From Eubacteriales bacterium (lineage in GTDB: Bacteria; Bacillota; Clostridia; Oscillospirales; CAG-272), in the NCBI GenBank assembly GCA_045636245.1, contig JAZTXA010000149.1, positions 1 through 35,408 of the forward strand: DNA of 35,408 nucleotides. The letters are read 5' to 3'. Below the pieces are notes generated by a model, which was given only the letters and a program-made list of their open reading frames with translations, was not told the DNA's origin and did not search any database. Made by a program: the position numbers and the translations under genes. Each line of letters opens with the position of its first letter. The stretch's first letter is position 1. This document shows positions 14,738 to 23,730 of this stretch, in pieces.

Positions 14738-15535
14738 CTATTTTGTCAGAACCCTTTTACGCCTTATTTTTTTGACACCCTTAAGTATGGGAGTGTATCT
14801 TTCACCTGTTTTGTCGGCAATGATCCTTGATGCGATATTTTTAAATGCTCTGTATGAAATAAAGCTGTCATCTGAAGCAAGCAAGCCCTTTTCCTGGGCA
14901 TATATGAGGTTTGCATCATACGGTACGACACCGAGCAGGGGAACTCTTGTTGAGTCGATTATATCGATCATTCCGATTCTTTTACCGCCTGCAACCGAAT
15001 TATAATCGAAGTTGTTTACAATAAGCCTCGGCTTGACGTTTGCGTTTTCGCAAAGCTCTGCACTTCTTTGCGCTCCGCGCAGTGATGCGGGCGTATGCGA
15101 TGCAATAACAAGCGCCTCGTCCGATGCGTCCAAAGCACAGCCGAGAATAAACGTGTCAGCCCCTGACGTATCAAGAATTATATAATCCAAGGACTGTTCG
15201 CTTGCAATCTTTTTTATTCCGTTTGCGAAATCTTCCTTAGATATTGTGTCGGAAAATTTGTACGGCGCGCCGATAAAGTAAAGTCCTTCGGTGCGGCTGT
15301 CCGTTATAACAGCATCGGAATATGAGCATCTGCCCGTCAAAACATCGCTTATATCAAACATAAGCGAGTCTTCATACCCCATTATCAAATCAAGAGAACG
15401 GACGTCAAAATCAAGATCACACAAAAGTACGGAAGCCCCTGATTTTGTAAGCTGGAAAGCAACATTTGCGGCAACTGTGGATTTGCCGACACCGCCCTTG
15501 AGCGACGTAGAAACGAAAATTGTTGTTTTATCCAT
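14738..15535 (-). CDS. MinD/ParA-family P-loop ATPase (MinD-like)
   Basis: It has a deviant Walker A (SLKGGVGKST), a MinD-like block (DLDFDVRSLDLIMG) and a basic C-terminal tail (KGVKKIRRKRVLTK). No minC or minE is adjacent. Confidence 0.8.
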   Translation of the reverse strand: MDKTTIFVSTSLKGGVGKSTVAANVAFQLTKSGASVLLCDLDFDVRSLDLIMGYEDSLMFDISDVLTGRCSYSDAVITDSRTEGLYFIGAPYKFSDTISKEDFANGIKKIASEQSLDYIILDTSGADTFILGCALDASDEALVIASHTPASLRGAQRSAELCENANVKPRLIVNNFDYNSVAGGKRIGMIDIIDSTRVPLLGVVPYDANLIYAQEKGLLASDDSFISYRAFKNIASRIIADKTGERYTPILKGVKKIRRKRVLTK

Positions 15536-15564
15536 AAAAAACTCCGCCTTATGATTATAAGTTT

Positions 15565-15593
15565 ATTTTACCACTAACGAATGATTTTGTCAA
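15565..15593 (-). promoter_or_regulatory. Candidate promoter for the minD-like/mgsA unit
   Basis: The minus strand reads TTGACA, a 17-nt spacer, then TGgTAAAAT (extended -10). Confidence 0.5.
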
Positions 15594-15631
15594 TAACCTT
15601 TTAAGAAAAATGTTATTTTTCCTGTTTTTTC

Positions 15632-15949
15632 TCAAAAATTGCGGTTGACAGTAAGCGCGATAAGCAGATCTGTGTCATCGTCCGATGCTGATCTGTTTCT
15701 GCCCGTTTTCCCGCATTTGTCACATTTATGCGTGATTATAAAGCCTTTTTTTGAGTCAGGCTCAGCCGATACGGGCCGCATAACGCCGCCGCAGTCTGAC
15801 GCCCTGTCGCCCGGGTTTACATCAAGGTGAAGAGAGCAAAGACACACCGGACAGTGGTTTCGTGAAGTATAAACAAGGGGGAAAACCTCATTTTTACAGT
15901 TTGCGCATATAAAGCCCGAATCGTTTTTGGTAAATCGTTTTGTTTGCAT
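15632..15949 (-). CDS. RNHCP domain-containing zinc-ribbon protein
   Basis: The literal RNHCPVC motif is flanked by CANC and CDKC pairs. At 105 aa it is typical of the RNHCP family. Confidence 0.8.
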   Translation of the reverse strand: MQTKRFTKNDSGFICANCKNEVFPLVYTSRNHCPVCLCSLHLDVNPGDRASDCGGVMRPVSAEPDSKKGFIITHKCDKCGKTGRNRSASDDDTDLLIALTVNRNF

Positions 15950-16007
15950 AAATCAAGCCTTTTGACACAAAATAATCGTGTCTTGTTTTATCCTTAAAAG
16001 ATATTTT

Positions 16008-16283
16008 ATGGTTATTATAAAGAATTTATCAAAGATTTTTGTAAGCGTTTGCACCCTGCTTTTTCTTTGCATTATCACTTATGCGGGAAGTGCGGTGAAC
16101 AGATATAACGATATGGCACCGCCAAGCCCTGCCGATACGGCTGTGCGCCTGGCAGAGGGGATTTCGGAAAATGCGTCAGCTCCGTCATATTCACTTTCGA
16201 TCATATTCACCGTTTTAGGCATAGGCGTGCTTTTGTTTGCACTTGTCATAGGGCTGGGAATGATCGGAAGGTCACGCAGATAA
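16008..16283 (+). CDS. Small two-TM membrane protein, hypothetical (start uncertain: GTG 15978 or ATG 16008)
   Basis: It has an N-terminal hydrophobic segment and a C-terminal TM helix followed by GRSRR. It is not antisense to any better ORF and I recognise no homology. Confidence 0.35.
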   Translation: MVIIKNLSKIFVSVCTLLFLCIITYAGSAVNRYNDMAPPSPADTAVRLAEGISENASAPSYSLSIIFTVLGIGVLLFALVIGLGMIGRSRR

Positions 16284-17399
16284 TTAAAGCAGAGAGTCAT
16301 CCATCAGCGCGTATGCTTTGAAGTCGTCGGCTTCACATACAGCGGTGATATTTACGCTTTTTTCGGAAAATTTCTTTTCTTTCTTTTGTGATATTATTTC
16401 GCTGTCAAGCTCTGCAAAAAAGTTTTCGTTTACTTCTTTTTTGTAACCGCCGTCTTCAAGTGCGTACTTTTTCATTATGTGTATGCCGTATGCGCTTGTA
16501 ACGCTTTTTACTTCGTCCTCTTTCATATCAAAGGCGGCATTTAAAAAGTTTTCCTCGTACGGCGAGTTCTTTGTGAGAAAATATCCGTCCGTGTAGTAGG
16601 TCATTCCCTCGTCCTCGTTGTATTCTTCGATCAGCTTTTCGAAGTCGCCATCCTTTGCTTTTTCAAATATATCGGCGGCAAGTGTTGTTTTTGCCGCGAT
16701 TTCCTCGCTTGTCAGCTTCTCTGTCTTATAGTACCCCGTTGACGGGTCCATGATGCGCTCTCCGTCGTCGTCAAGCACGTATTTATCCTTCGTGTTTATA
16801 AGTACGTGCTTTACACGTACATAATTTTCTTTATAGTAGGCATCTCTGTCTTCATCTGTCACCTTATCCGTGCCGAGCTCTCCGTACAGATAATCCTCCA
16901 CCATTGTCCTTTTGATCTCTATTTCGTATATGTCACGAAGCTGATTTATATTGAGCTTGTAGTTTGAAAGATGTGTGTTGAGCGCACTGCGTGAGCCTGC
17001 GGCTTTTATATCGTCCTCGATGAACTGATCGACTGAAAGCTCTATCTGCTCCTTTGCGCCGTCTATTTCACCGAGCTTGTATTCGTCGTAAAGTGCCAAA
17101 CACACTACAATATCGGAAATGTAGGATTCCGCCTGCTCCTTTGTTAGGGCATACAGTGATCGTTCCGATATTTCGGTGTCCCAGAAATCCTCGGTATAGT
17201 CAGACTCTGTGACCGTGCCGCTTTGCAGAAATGTGTTCAAAAATTTTGTTTTGTAGTATGCAAGCCAATAATCGTACTGCTTTTCGGTTATGCCGTATTC
17301 ACCGCAGGATATTACATACGGCTCATTTTTTTCGGAGCAACCGCAAAAAATCGAAAGAAGCAGTGTTAATAAGAGAAGTGTTGATATAATTCTTTTCAT
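16284..17399 (-). CDS. PrsA-like lipoprotein, parvulin (PpiC)-type peptidyl-prolyl isomerase family
   Basis: Start at ATG 17399 (MKRIISTLLLLTLLLSIFCGC lipobox). VRVKHVLI ... AYGIHIMKK are parvulin-like blocks. Confidence 0.75.
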   Translation of the reverse strand: MKRIISTLLLLTLLLSIFCGCSEKNEPYVISCGEYGITEKQYDYWLAYYKTKFLNTFLQSGTVTESDYTEDFWDTEISERSLYALTKEQAESYISDIVVCLALYDEYKLGEIDGAKEQIELSVDQFIEDDIKAAGSRSALNTHLSNYKLNINQLRDIYEIEIKRTMVEDYLYGELGTDKVTDEDRDAYYKENYVRVKHVLINTKDKYVLDDDGERIMDPSTGYYKTEKLTSEEIAAKTTLAADIFEKAKDGDFEKLIEEYNEDEGMTYYTDGYFLTKNSPYEENFLNAAFDMKEDEVKSVTSAYGIHIMKKYALEDGGYKKEVNENFFAELDSEIISQKKEKKFSEKSVNITAVCEADDFKAYALMDDSLL

Positions 17400-17410
17400 T
17401 TTATCACCGA

Positions 17411-18529
17411 TCAAAACATGTACGTCCAGGATTCGCTGTATATAACTTCATTTATGGGATATTTTGCGATTATTTCTTCGTTTATTTCTATCTGATCAAA
17501 GTATGACATAAGCTTATTTTTGAATTTTTCTTCCTCCACAAGCTCATCAAAGTTTTTGAAATCGTCCTTGTTTTCCGTATGGTCATATCCCTTGTCGTCA
17601 AGCTCAAGCTTTTTAATAAGGTGAAGTCCGTAATTTGACTTTATAAGTCTCACTTCACCGATCTCCATTTCCTTTATCGGTTCGGATATCTCTGAAAAAT
17701 AGTTATCCGCAGATGTTGTTTTTGCATTGAAATAATGACCGTAGGGATATTTTTCGTACGAAAGCTCCTCTGTGTTTTCAACGATAAGATCGTCAAAATC
17801 CTCACCGTTTTCAGCACGTGTCAAAAGTGACTGTGCATGGGTGAATTTTTCCTCCCATCTTTCGTCCGTCAGCTCCTCAGTCATGGCGATACCGTTTTTG
17901 TCAAACTTTATTTTGCCGTTTTCATCACGCACGAAGTCAACATCCATTATGTATAAATGCTTATATCGATAATAGCTGTCACGGTAATATGCATCTCTGT
18001 CCGATGCGTTCACCACATCTTTGCCTTCTTCGCCGTAAAAATAGTCCTGAAGCGCCTCTGCCTTTGCATCTGTCATGAAAATGTCGTGCATATCGTCAAC
18101 CGAAAGACCGAGTTTTTGCATCAGCTCGTCCTTTTCAAATTCTTCTTCTCCGCCTATGCCGAGCAGAAGCCCGTCTATCATCGTCTGAAGCTCATTTTTC
18201 TTTGCATCTGTCAGAGAAAGTCGGTTTTCTTTAAACAGATATTCGGCAACGAGCTTTGTTTTGATAGCTGTCAAAGAAACATCCTGCAGATATTCCGCAA
18301 CGGTCACTCCGTTTGAAGAAGATGACCAGAATTCCTCCGTATCATCCTCCCCGAATGTGTATATCCAATACGGGCGGTAGCAGGACATATAGTAAGCGTA
18401 TGCTTCCTCACTCATCGATACAGAGCCTATCTTCATTGCATAGCTTCCCGAAAATGAGCAGGAAGATGCAGAAAATATCATACATGCACAAATAAGGGTG
18501 CAGATTATACCTGAATAAAACTTTTTCAC
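17411..18529 (-). CDS. PrsA-like lipoprotein, paralog of 16284-17399
   Basis: Start at GTG 18529, 4 nt after GGAGGT (VKKFYSGIICTLICACMIFSASSC lipobox). YRYKHLYI ... NYGLHLIKK blocks match the layout of the downstream gene. Confidence 0.75.
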   Translation of the reverse strand: MKKFYSGIICTLICACMIFSASSCSFSGSYAMKIGSVSMSEEAYAYYMSCYRPYWIYTFGEDDTEEFWSSSSNGVTVAEYLQDVSLTAIKTKLVAEYLFKENRLSLTDAKKNELQTMIDGLLLGIGGEEEFEKDELMQKLGLSVDDMHDIFMTDAKAEALQDYFYGEEGKDVVNASDRDAYYRDSYYRYKHLYIMDVDFVRDENGKIKFDKNGIAMTEELTDERWEEKFTHAQSLLTRAENGEDFDDLIVENTEELSYEKYPYGHYFNAKTTSADNYFSEISEPIKEMEIGEVRLIKSNYGLHLIKKLELDDKGYDHTENKDDFKNFDELVEEEKFKNKLMSYFDQIEINEEIIAKYPINEVIYSESWTYMF

Positions 18530-18638
18530 AGTTACCTCCGAGAAAAATCTTGTATATCGGCTATTATACCACACATAAAATATTTATTTCTATATATACC
18601 TGATAATTTTTTTTGAACGGCTTTTATCGTTCTTTCGG

Positions 18639-18667
18639 TTGACAAACAATTTTCCTTGTGATATACT
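18639..18667 (+). promoter_or_regulatory. Sigma-A type promoter for the GH36 gene
   Basis: TTGACA, a 17-nt spacer, then TATACT. Confidence 0.55.
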
Positions 18668-18710
18668 GTGTGGGATAAAGAACTATTACTTTTAATAAGG
18701 GGATATAAAT

Positions 18711-20558
18711 ATGATAAAGCCGCAGTTTTCTTTCCTGTATGACGGCAAGCCGTATGACGGAAAAGGAGCAATAAAAACAACGCTTGAAATAAAAAAGCAC
18801 GAAAAATTTGATGCTGTTGAATGGGTGGTATGGTACGAAAACACATCGGAACAAAACAGCGGAATACTTTCGGAAATAAAGGATATAGACGCAGTGCTCG
18901 CACTTCCCGAATATGTACACGAATTTATGGGAAACCGTTATACATCCGAAGCACCGAAGGTCATCTGGACACAGGGACTTGTTGAGGGTGAGTCATATTC
19001 GTATGATGATGACCGTTCCGCTGAGGAATTTTCATATCACACAAAGTATTTCTACGATAAAGAGGTTACATATACATTTGAAAACGGTGAGGGCAGATGC
19101 TCTGATGAGATAATGCCGTTTTTTGAAGTGGCTTGTCTTGGCAAAGGCTACATCGTCGCCCTCGGCTGGACAGGAAGCTGGATTGCAACTTTGAAACGTG
19201 AGGATGAGGGAATACACTTCAAAGCCGGACTTCGCTATGCGGAATTTTATCTCAAGCCCGGCGAACGTGTAAGAGGCGCATCGATCCTCGTTATGCAGTA
19301 TGACGAAAATGATGACAGATACAACAAATTCCGTGACCTTATGTGGAACGAATACACACCCAAGGCACTTGTAAAACAGCGCCACGGTTTGCTTGCAAAT
19401 CTGTTCTGGGGAAGTTTACCCAGTGACGAAATGATAAACCGCATCAAACGCTTCCGTGAAAACGGTGTTGAGTTTGATGAATATTGGATAGATGCCGCAT
19501 GGAACGGCAAAAAGGCAAAGAGTGACTGCAATTTTGACAGCATCTGGGCTGACGAGGTAGGTGACTGGGAGGTAAAACCGGATGCCCACCCCGACGGCTT
19601 CCTTGATGTTGTTGCCGAGGCTGAAAAAAGTAATGCCGGCTTTATGCTGTGGTTTGACACCGAAAAGGCGGCAAAGGTAGCGCCGATTGCAAAGGAACAC
19701 CCCGAATATTTCATAGATGCGGACGAAGAATATTTGCTTGCGGACTTTTCAAAAAAGGAAGTAAGAGATTATTATTTTGAGATACTCAAAAATCATATAA
19801 AAACTCTCAATATCCGCTGTTACAGACAGGATTTTAACTGTACACCCGATATTTTCTGGAAAAAAGCAGATGAAGAGGGTAGACGCGGTATCACGGAAAT
19901 ATACCACATTTTGGGTATGTATGAGCTGTGGGATAAGCTTATAGCGGAATTCCCGCATCTCATTATCGATAACTGCGCATCGGGCGGAAGAAGAATAGAT
20001 ATTGAAACATTGAAGCGCTCGCTGATGCTTTACAAAACCGACTACCAGTGTATTTTCAATCCCAATCCCGATGTTACAAACGTTCACAATACAAACGCAT
20101 CGCGCCTTTTCCCGATAACGGGCTGTTCGACAAAGAGAAAAATGGACACGTATGCCGCAAGAAGCACATATTCGGCAACGTGGGGCATAGGCTCATATGC
20201 AACGATATTCCACTCAATGACAGACGACGAGATAAAATGGCTTGCCGAAACCGTGAAGGAGTACAGAAAGATACGCAACTATTTTACCTGCCACTTCCAC
20301 AATTTCGGTTCCGATAAGCTCGACACCACCTCATGGGTGATCTGGCAGTACCATGATAAGGACGCTGATGAAGGTATTGTCATGGCATTCAGACGTGAAA
20401 ATTCACCGTGCTGTACATCAAAGATCACGCTTAAGGAGCTTTCGGGCGAATACACCTTCACAAGCCTTGATACAGGCGCATCGTTTGTCGGCGGTGCTGA
20501 CATTACCATCGAGCTTCCCGAAAAGTATTCATCAACCATTATCACATATAAAAAATGA
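18711..20558 (+). CDS. Glycoside hydrolase family 36-like alpha-galactosidase
   Basis: 615 aa. CYRQDFN (equivalent to the KWDMN nucleophile region) and DNCASGGRRIDIE (the GH36 C-x-SGG-x-R-x-D signature) are present. The RBS is AAGGGGA. Confidence 0.8.
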   Translation: MIKPQFSFLYDGKPYDGKGAIKTTLEIKKHEKFDAVEWVVWYENTSEQNSGILSEIKDIDAVLALPEYVHEFMGNRYTSEAPKVIWTQGLVEGESYSYDDDRSAEEFSYHTKYFYDKEVTYTFENGEGRCSDEIMPFFEVACLGKGYIVALGWTGSWIATLKREDEGIHFKAGLRYAEFYLKPGERVRGASILVMQYDENDDRYNKFRDLMWNEYTPKALVKQRHGLLANLFWGSLPSDEMINRIKRFRENGVEFDEYWIDAAWNGKKAKSDCNFDSIWADEVGDWEVKPDAHPDGFLDVVAEAEKSNAGFMLWFDTEKAAKVAPIAKEHPEYFIDADEEYLLADFSKKEVRDYYFEILKNHIKTLNIRCYRQDFNCTPDIFWKKADEEGRRGITEIYHILGMYELWDKLIAEFPHLIIDNCASGGRRIDIETLKRSLMLYKTDYQCIFNPNPDVTNVHNTNASRLFPITGCSTKRKMDTYAARSTYSATWGIGSYATIFHSMTDDEIKWLAETVKEYRKIRNYFTCHFHNFGSDKLDTTSWVIWQYHDKDADEGIVMAFRRENSPCCTSKITLKELSGEYTFTSLDTGASFVGGADITIELPEKYSSTIITYKK

Positions 20559-20561
20559 TTT

Positions 20562-20596
20562 AATGCAAAACCGACCGAATATGGGTCGGTTTTGCA
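20562..20596 (+). terminator. Rho-independent terminator after the GH36 gene
   Basis: ATGCAAAACCGACC-gaatatg-GGTCGGTTTTGCAT is a 14-bp stem followed by ATT. Confidence 0.7.
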
Positions 20597-20719
20597 TATT
20601 GAGCCTGAAAATATTCAAAATTCCCGTATTGCGAGAGTGATTCTTGCGTTTTCGGGTGGTAATCTCTTTGACAAAATGGTAGAATTTCAGCAACAAATGA
20701 CCAAAGGAAGGTATAACCG

Positions 20720-22063
20720 GTGGAAAAGAAAACAATAGGTAAATTTATATCTGCCCTCCGCAAAGCGAACGGAATGACACAAAAGGAGCTTGGCGAAAAG
20801 CTGTTTGTTTCCGATAAGACGGTGAGCAGATGGGAATGTGATGAGTCAACACCCGAGCTTTCGCTCATACCCGTGATAGCGGAAATATTCGGTGTCACGA
20901 CAGACGAGCTTTTGCGGGGTGAGCGTAACAACCCCGACAAAGAACCGTTGCGCACACAGGAAGATATAAACAAAGAAAAAGCAAAAAGCGATAAGCAGTT
21001 TAACCGTATGCTTGATCTGAAAAGCAGAGAGTATAAAAATCTTACGCTTATATCATTCGGTATCACATTTCTCGGGCTTATTACCGCCGCAATAATCAAT
21101 CTCGGATTTTCAAACGGTCTTATTGCCTTTTGTGTTGCCACGGTGCTTTTTGTAACAAGTGAAATATGCCAGATGTGCTTTACAATAAATTCCCGCATCA
21201 CACCCGATGAAGATGATGATACATACACAGAGAAAATACAAAAGGCAAATACATCATTTGTAAAAACTGCCGTTATCATTTCATTCCTCAATATTGCCGC
21301 ACTTTTCTTCTGTCTGCCCTTGGTAACGCTCATCGACGGGGCAAATTTCGGACTTGCATTCAGTTCATGGCTTGGATACGGACTCTTGTTTTCGGCTGTG
21401 ATGTTTGTTATATGCTATATCATTTATGCGGCTTTTATCCACAAAATGTTTATTGATAGCGGTCTTGTGACACTTGATGAAAAGTATAAAGAAAAAACAG
21501 AGAAAAAAAGAAAATTACTCCTCAAAATCCTTGTAATTTCTTTAAGCATTTTTCTTGTTCTTTATATTGGTGTTATTATTTTAAACAGCATTGATATATG
21601 CGACTATGCAGAAAAGCTCGTATTCAACACCTGTGAAGAGTTTAAATCGTTTGTTGAAAATGATTATGATAAGTGGTACGCCGAGGGATATGAAGATGTC
21701 AGAGATGTTGAAATAGACACAGGACATTTCTCGCTCGGAATGGAAGATACTGTCATTTTGACACCGAATGAAATTCCCGATGAAGAATATGAACCGTTCA
21801 AAGAATACGAAAAAATGTACAGCTATGATGGGGAGCTTATATGCGAATATTATTATAATCCCAATCTTTACGAAAAAATAATATTCGGTGAGCATAATGA
21901 CAAAACACCGATCACCGTGATAACATCGCAGGCATATTATGATACGTGGTCAACATTTAACAATATCAGAAGCTTGATAGAGTTTTTTATGATAACAGAC
22001 ATTCTTATAGCCGCTGCCTTTTATTTTGTAAAGGCTCACAGGATAAATAAAAAATTCAAATGA
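20720..22063 (+). CDS. XRE-family HTH domain fused to a multi-pass membrane region and a C-terminal domain (membrane-tethered regulator)
   Basis: GTG start after AAAGGAAGG. The N-terminus (IGKFISALRKANGMTQKELGEKLFVSDKTVSRWECDES) is a Cro/C1-type HTH. At least five hydrophobic segments follow. Confidence 0.8.
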   Translation: MEKKTIGKFISALRKANGMTQKELGEKLFVSDKTVSRWECDESTPELSLIPVIAEIFGVTTDELLRGERNNPDKEPLRTQEDINKEKAKSDKQFNRMLDLKSREYKNLTLISFGITFLGLITAAIINLGFSNGLIAFCVATVLFVTSEICQMCFTINSRITPDEDDDTYTEKIQKANTSFVKTAVIISFLNIAALFFCLPLVTLIDGANFGLAFSSWLGYGLLFSAVMFVICYIIYAAFIHKMFIDSGLVTLDEKYKEKTEKKRKLLLKILVISLSIFLVLYIGVIILNSIDICDYAEKLVFNTCEEFKSFVENDYDKWYAEGYEDVRDVEIDTGHFSLGMEDTVILTPNEIPDEEYEPFKEYEKMYSYDGELICEYYYNPNLYEKIIFGEHNDKTPITVITSQAYYDTWSTFNNIRSLIEFFMITDILIAAAFYFVKAHRINKKFK

Positions 22064-22149
22064 AAAAAATGTCCGCACGTGGCTGTTCTCATAAGTAAGT
22101 TTGCAAATTTCATTGTAGAACTTTGTTTCATTCGAATCTTTACAGCACG

Positions 22150-22247
22150 GCGCCATGCCTGCACCCCCCACAGTTGACGTGGCGAACTACGTTACGCCTG
22201 TCAACTGCCTGCAGGCAAATGGCGCAGATATTTCCTTCGGAAATACC
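22150..22247. repeat. GC-rich structured intergenic repeat, family A, copy 2
   Basis: The sequence is GCGCCATGCCTGCACCCCCCACAGTTGAC ... GTCAACTGCCTGCAGGCAAATGGCGCAGATATTTCCttcGGAAATA. The motif order matches 11400-11475, with a longer central hairpin. Confidence 0.6.
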
Positions 22248-22258
22248 GGCAGAGAAAC

Positions 22259-22285
22259 AAAAAATCCGCACAAGCGGATTTTTTT
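22259..22285. terminator. Bidirectional terminator
   Basis: AAAAAATCCGC-acaa-GCGGATTTTTT, directly after the stop of the minus-strand IMPase-HAD gene. Confidence 0.65.
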
Positions 22286-22287
22286 CA

Positions 22288-23730
22288 TTATTTATATTCA
22301 AGCTCTGTGAAATCTTTTATGCAAAGTATGGCATCGGGGTGCTTGATACCGCCGATTGCAACGACCTTCATTCCCGCGTTGAGTGCGGCGTTTACCCCCG
22401 CCATGGAGTCTTCAAACACAACACAGTCGGAAGGTGTAAATCCGCAAAGTCTTGCCGTCAGCAGGAAAAGATCGGGCGCAGGCTTCTTGGGTAAAGGTAA
22501 TGAGCCGTCGCAGATGACCTTGAAGTATTTGTCAAGGTCAAGATCTTTTGCTATTTTCGGTGCAAAAATGCTTGATGAACCGACACCGCAGGGAACACCC
22601 TTGTCATTTGCCAGCATCAAAAGCTTTTCAATTCCCGCAACGATATCCTTTTCCGAAAGGTCCTTCGTTATTTCGACATAAGTATTTTCCTTTGTGTCGC
22701 CGACGTACATTCTGTCATCATCCGACAGCGTCATTTCGGATTTTTCGGCAATATAGTTTACGATGTAGTCACGGCCCGTGCTCTTTAAGGGCAGATATTC
22801 TTCATCACCTATTGTAACACCGAACTTTTCACCGCCCTTATTCCAAGCGATGAGATGGTACTTTTCGGTATCTACCACAACACCGTCAAAATCGAAAAGA
22901 CAGCATTTGAATGTGTGCTTCTCGCCGTTTTTGTCGGTAATCGTAACGCTTCTTCTATAGCTTTCATCAACAAGGTCTGCAATTTCCTCATTTGCCGATG
23001 CAATTACACCTTCGTCACCGTAAGAATATTCCTCACCTTCAAGGTTACGGACAATAGCCCCCGCTTCTTTACAGATGATAACACCCGGGGCAATATCCCA
23101 AAGGTTCTTTGTTATGACCACAGTGCAGTCCGTCTTGCCCATCGCAACGTATGCAAAGTCAAAGCAAGCCGCACCGAACATTCTTATCTTTGCTATTTTC
23201 GGATAAAGAAAGCCCATGGAATCGTGCTGTCTTTTTGCCACTTCGCTGTTCATATGGGAATAATCTCCCATACTTGCAATTACGTTGTTTATTGTAACGC
23301 CCTTATTTACGTGTATCTTTTCACCGTTTAAAAATGCTCCGCCGCCGACAGATGCGTAAAACATCTCGTTTGTATGGGGCAGGTAAATTACACCGAGCGC
23401 AGGCTCACCGTCAACGAACAGCGCACACTGTACACCGTGCAGACAAATGTCCCTTGCCATGTTGCACGTGCCGTCAATTGGGTCTATTATCCACGTTCTT
23501 CCGACAAGCGCCTGAGTTGATGACGTTTCCTCCCCGTGTATTTTGTCATCGGGATATTTTTTGATAATTTCTGATGAAAGGTACTTTTCAATATTTAAAT
23601 CGATATCCGTCACAAGGTCGAAATGCGACTTCTGCATAACGGAGGAAGCGCCGTGCTCGGCATACGTTTTGTATGCCGAGCGTATTTTTTCTGTTATAAA
23701 TTCAATTTCAGATGTGAAATTCATAATCAA
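22288..23730 (-). CDS. Fusion protein: N-terminal inositol monophosphatase-family domain plus C-terminal HAD (beta-phosphoglucomutase-like) hydrolase domain
   Basis: The IMPase motifs are HGEETS and [12 protein letters not shown]. The HAD motifs are [12 protein letters not shown] (DxDxV) and [16 protein letters not shown]. Its start overlaps the trpB stop (ATGA at 23727-23730). Confidence 0.85.
   Translation of the reverse strand: MIMNFTSEIEFITEKIRSAYKTYAEHGASSVMQKSHFDLVTDIDLNIEKYLSSEIIKKYPDDKIHGEETSSTQALVGRTWIIDPIDGTCNMARDICLHGVQCALFVDGEPALGVIYLPHTNEMFYASVGGGAFLNGEKIHVNKGVTINNVIASMGDYSHMNSEVAKRQHDSMGFLYPKIAKIRMFGAACFDFAYVAMGKTDCTVVITKNLWDIAPGVIICKEAGAIVRNLEGEEYSYGDEGVIASANEEIADLVDESYRRSVTITDKNGEKHTFKCCLFDFDGVVVDTEKYHLIAWNKGGEKFGVTIGDEEYLPLKSTGRDYIVNYIAEKSEMTLSDDDRMYVGDTKENTYVEITKDLSEKDIVAGIEKLLMLANDKGVPCGVGSSSIFAPKIAKDLDLDKYFKVICDGSLPLPKKPAPDLFLLTARLCGFTPSDCVVFEDSMAGVNAALNAGMKVVAIGGIKHPDAILCIKDFTELEYK

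Noticed and set aside
20560-21333. 257-aa minus-strand ORF opposite the HTH-membrane regulator, running across the GH36 terminator
   Set aside because: It overlaps a gene with a clear HTH domain and runs through a strong terminator hairpin. It shows no domain signal.
21427-21435. Exact DnaA-box sequence TTATCCACA
   Set aside because: It is a single occurrence inside a coding region, with no clustering and no AT-rich unwinding element nearby, so it is most likely chance.
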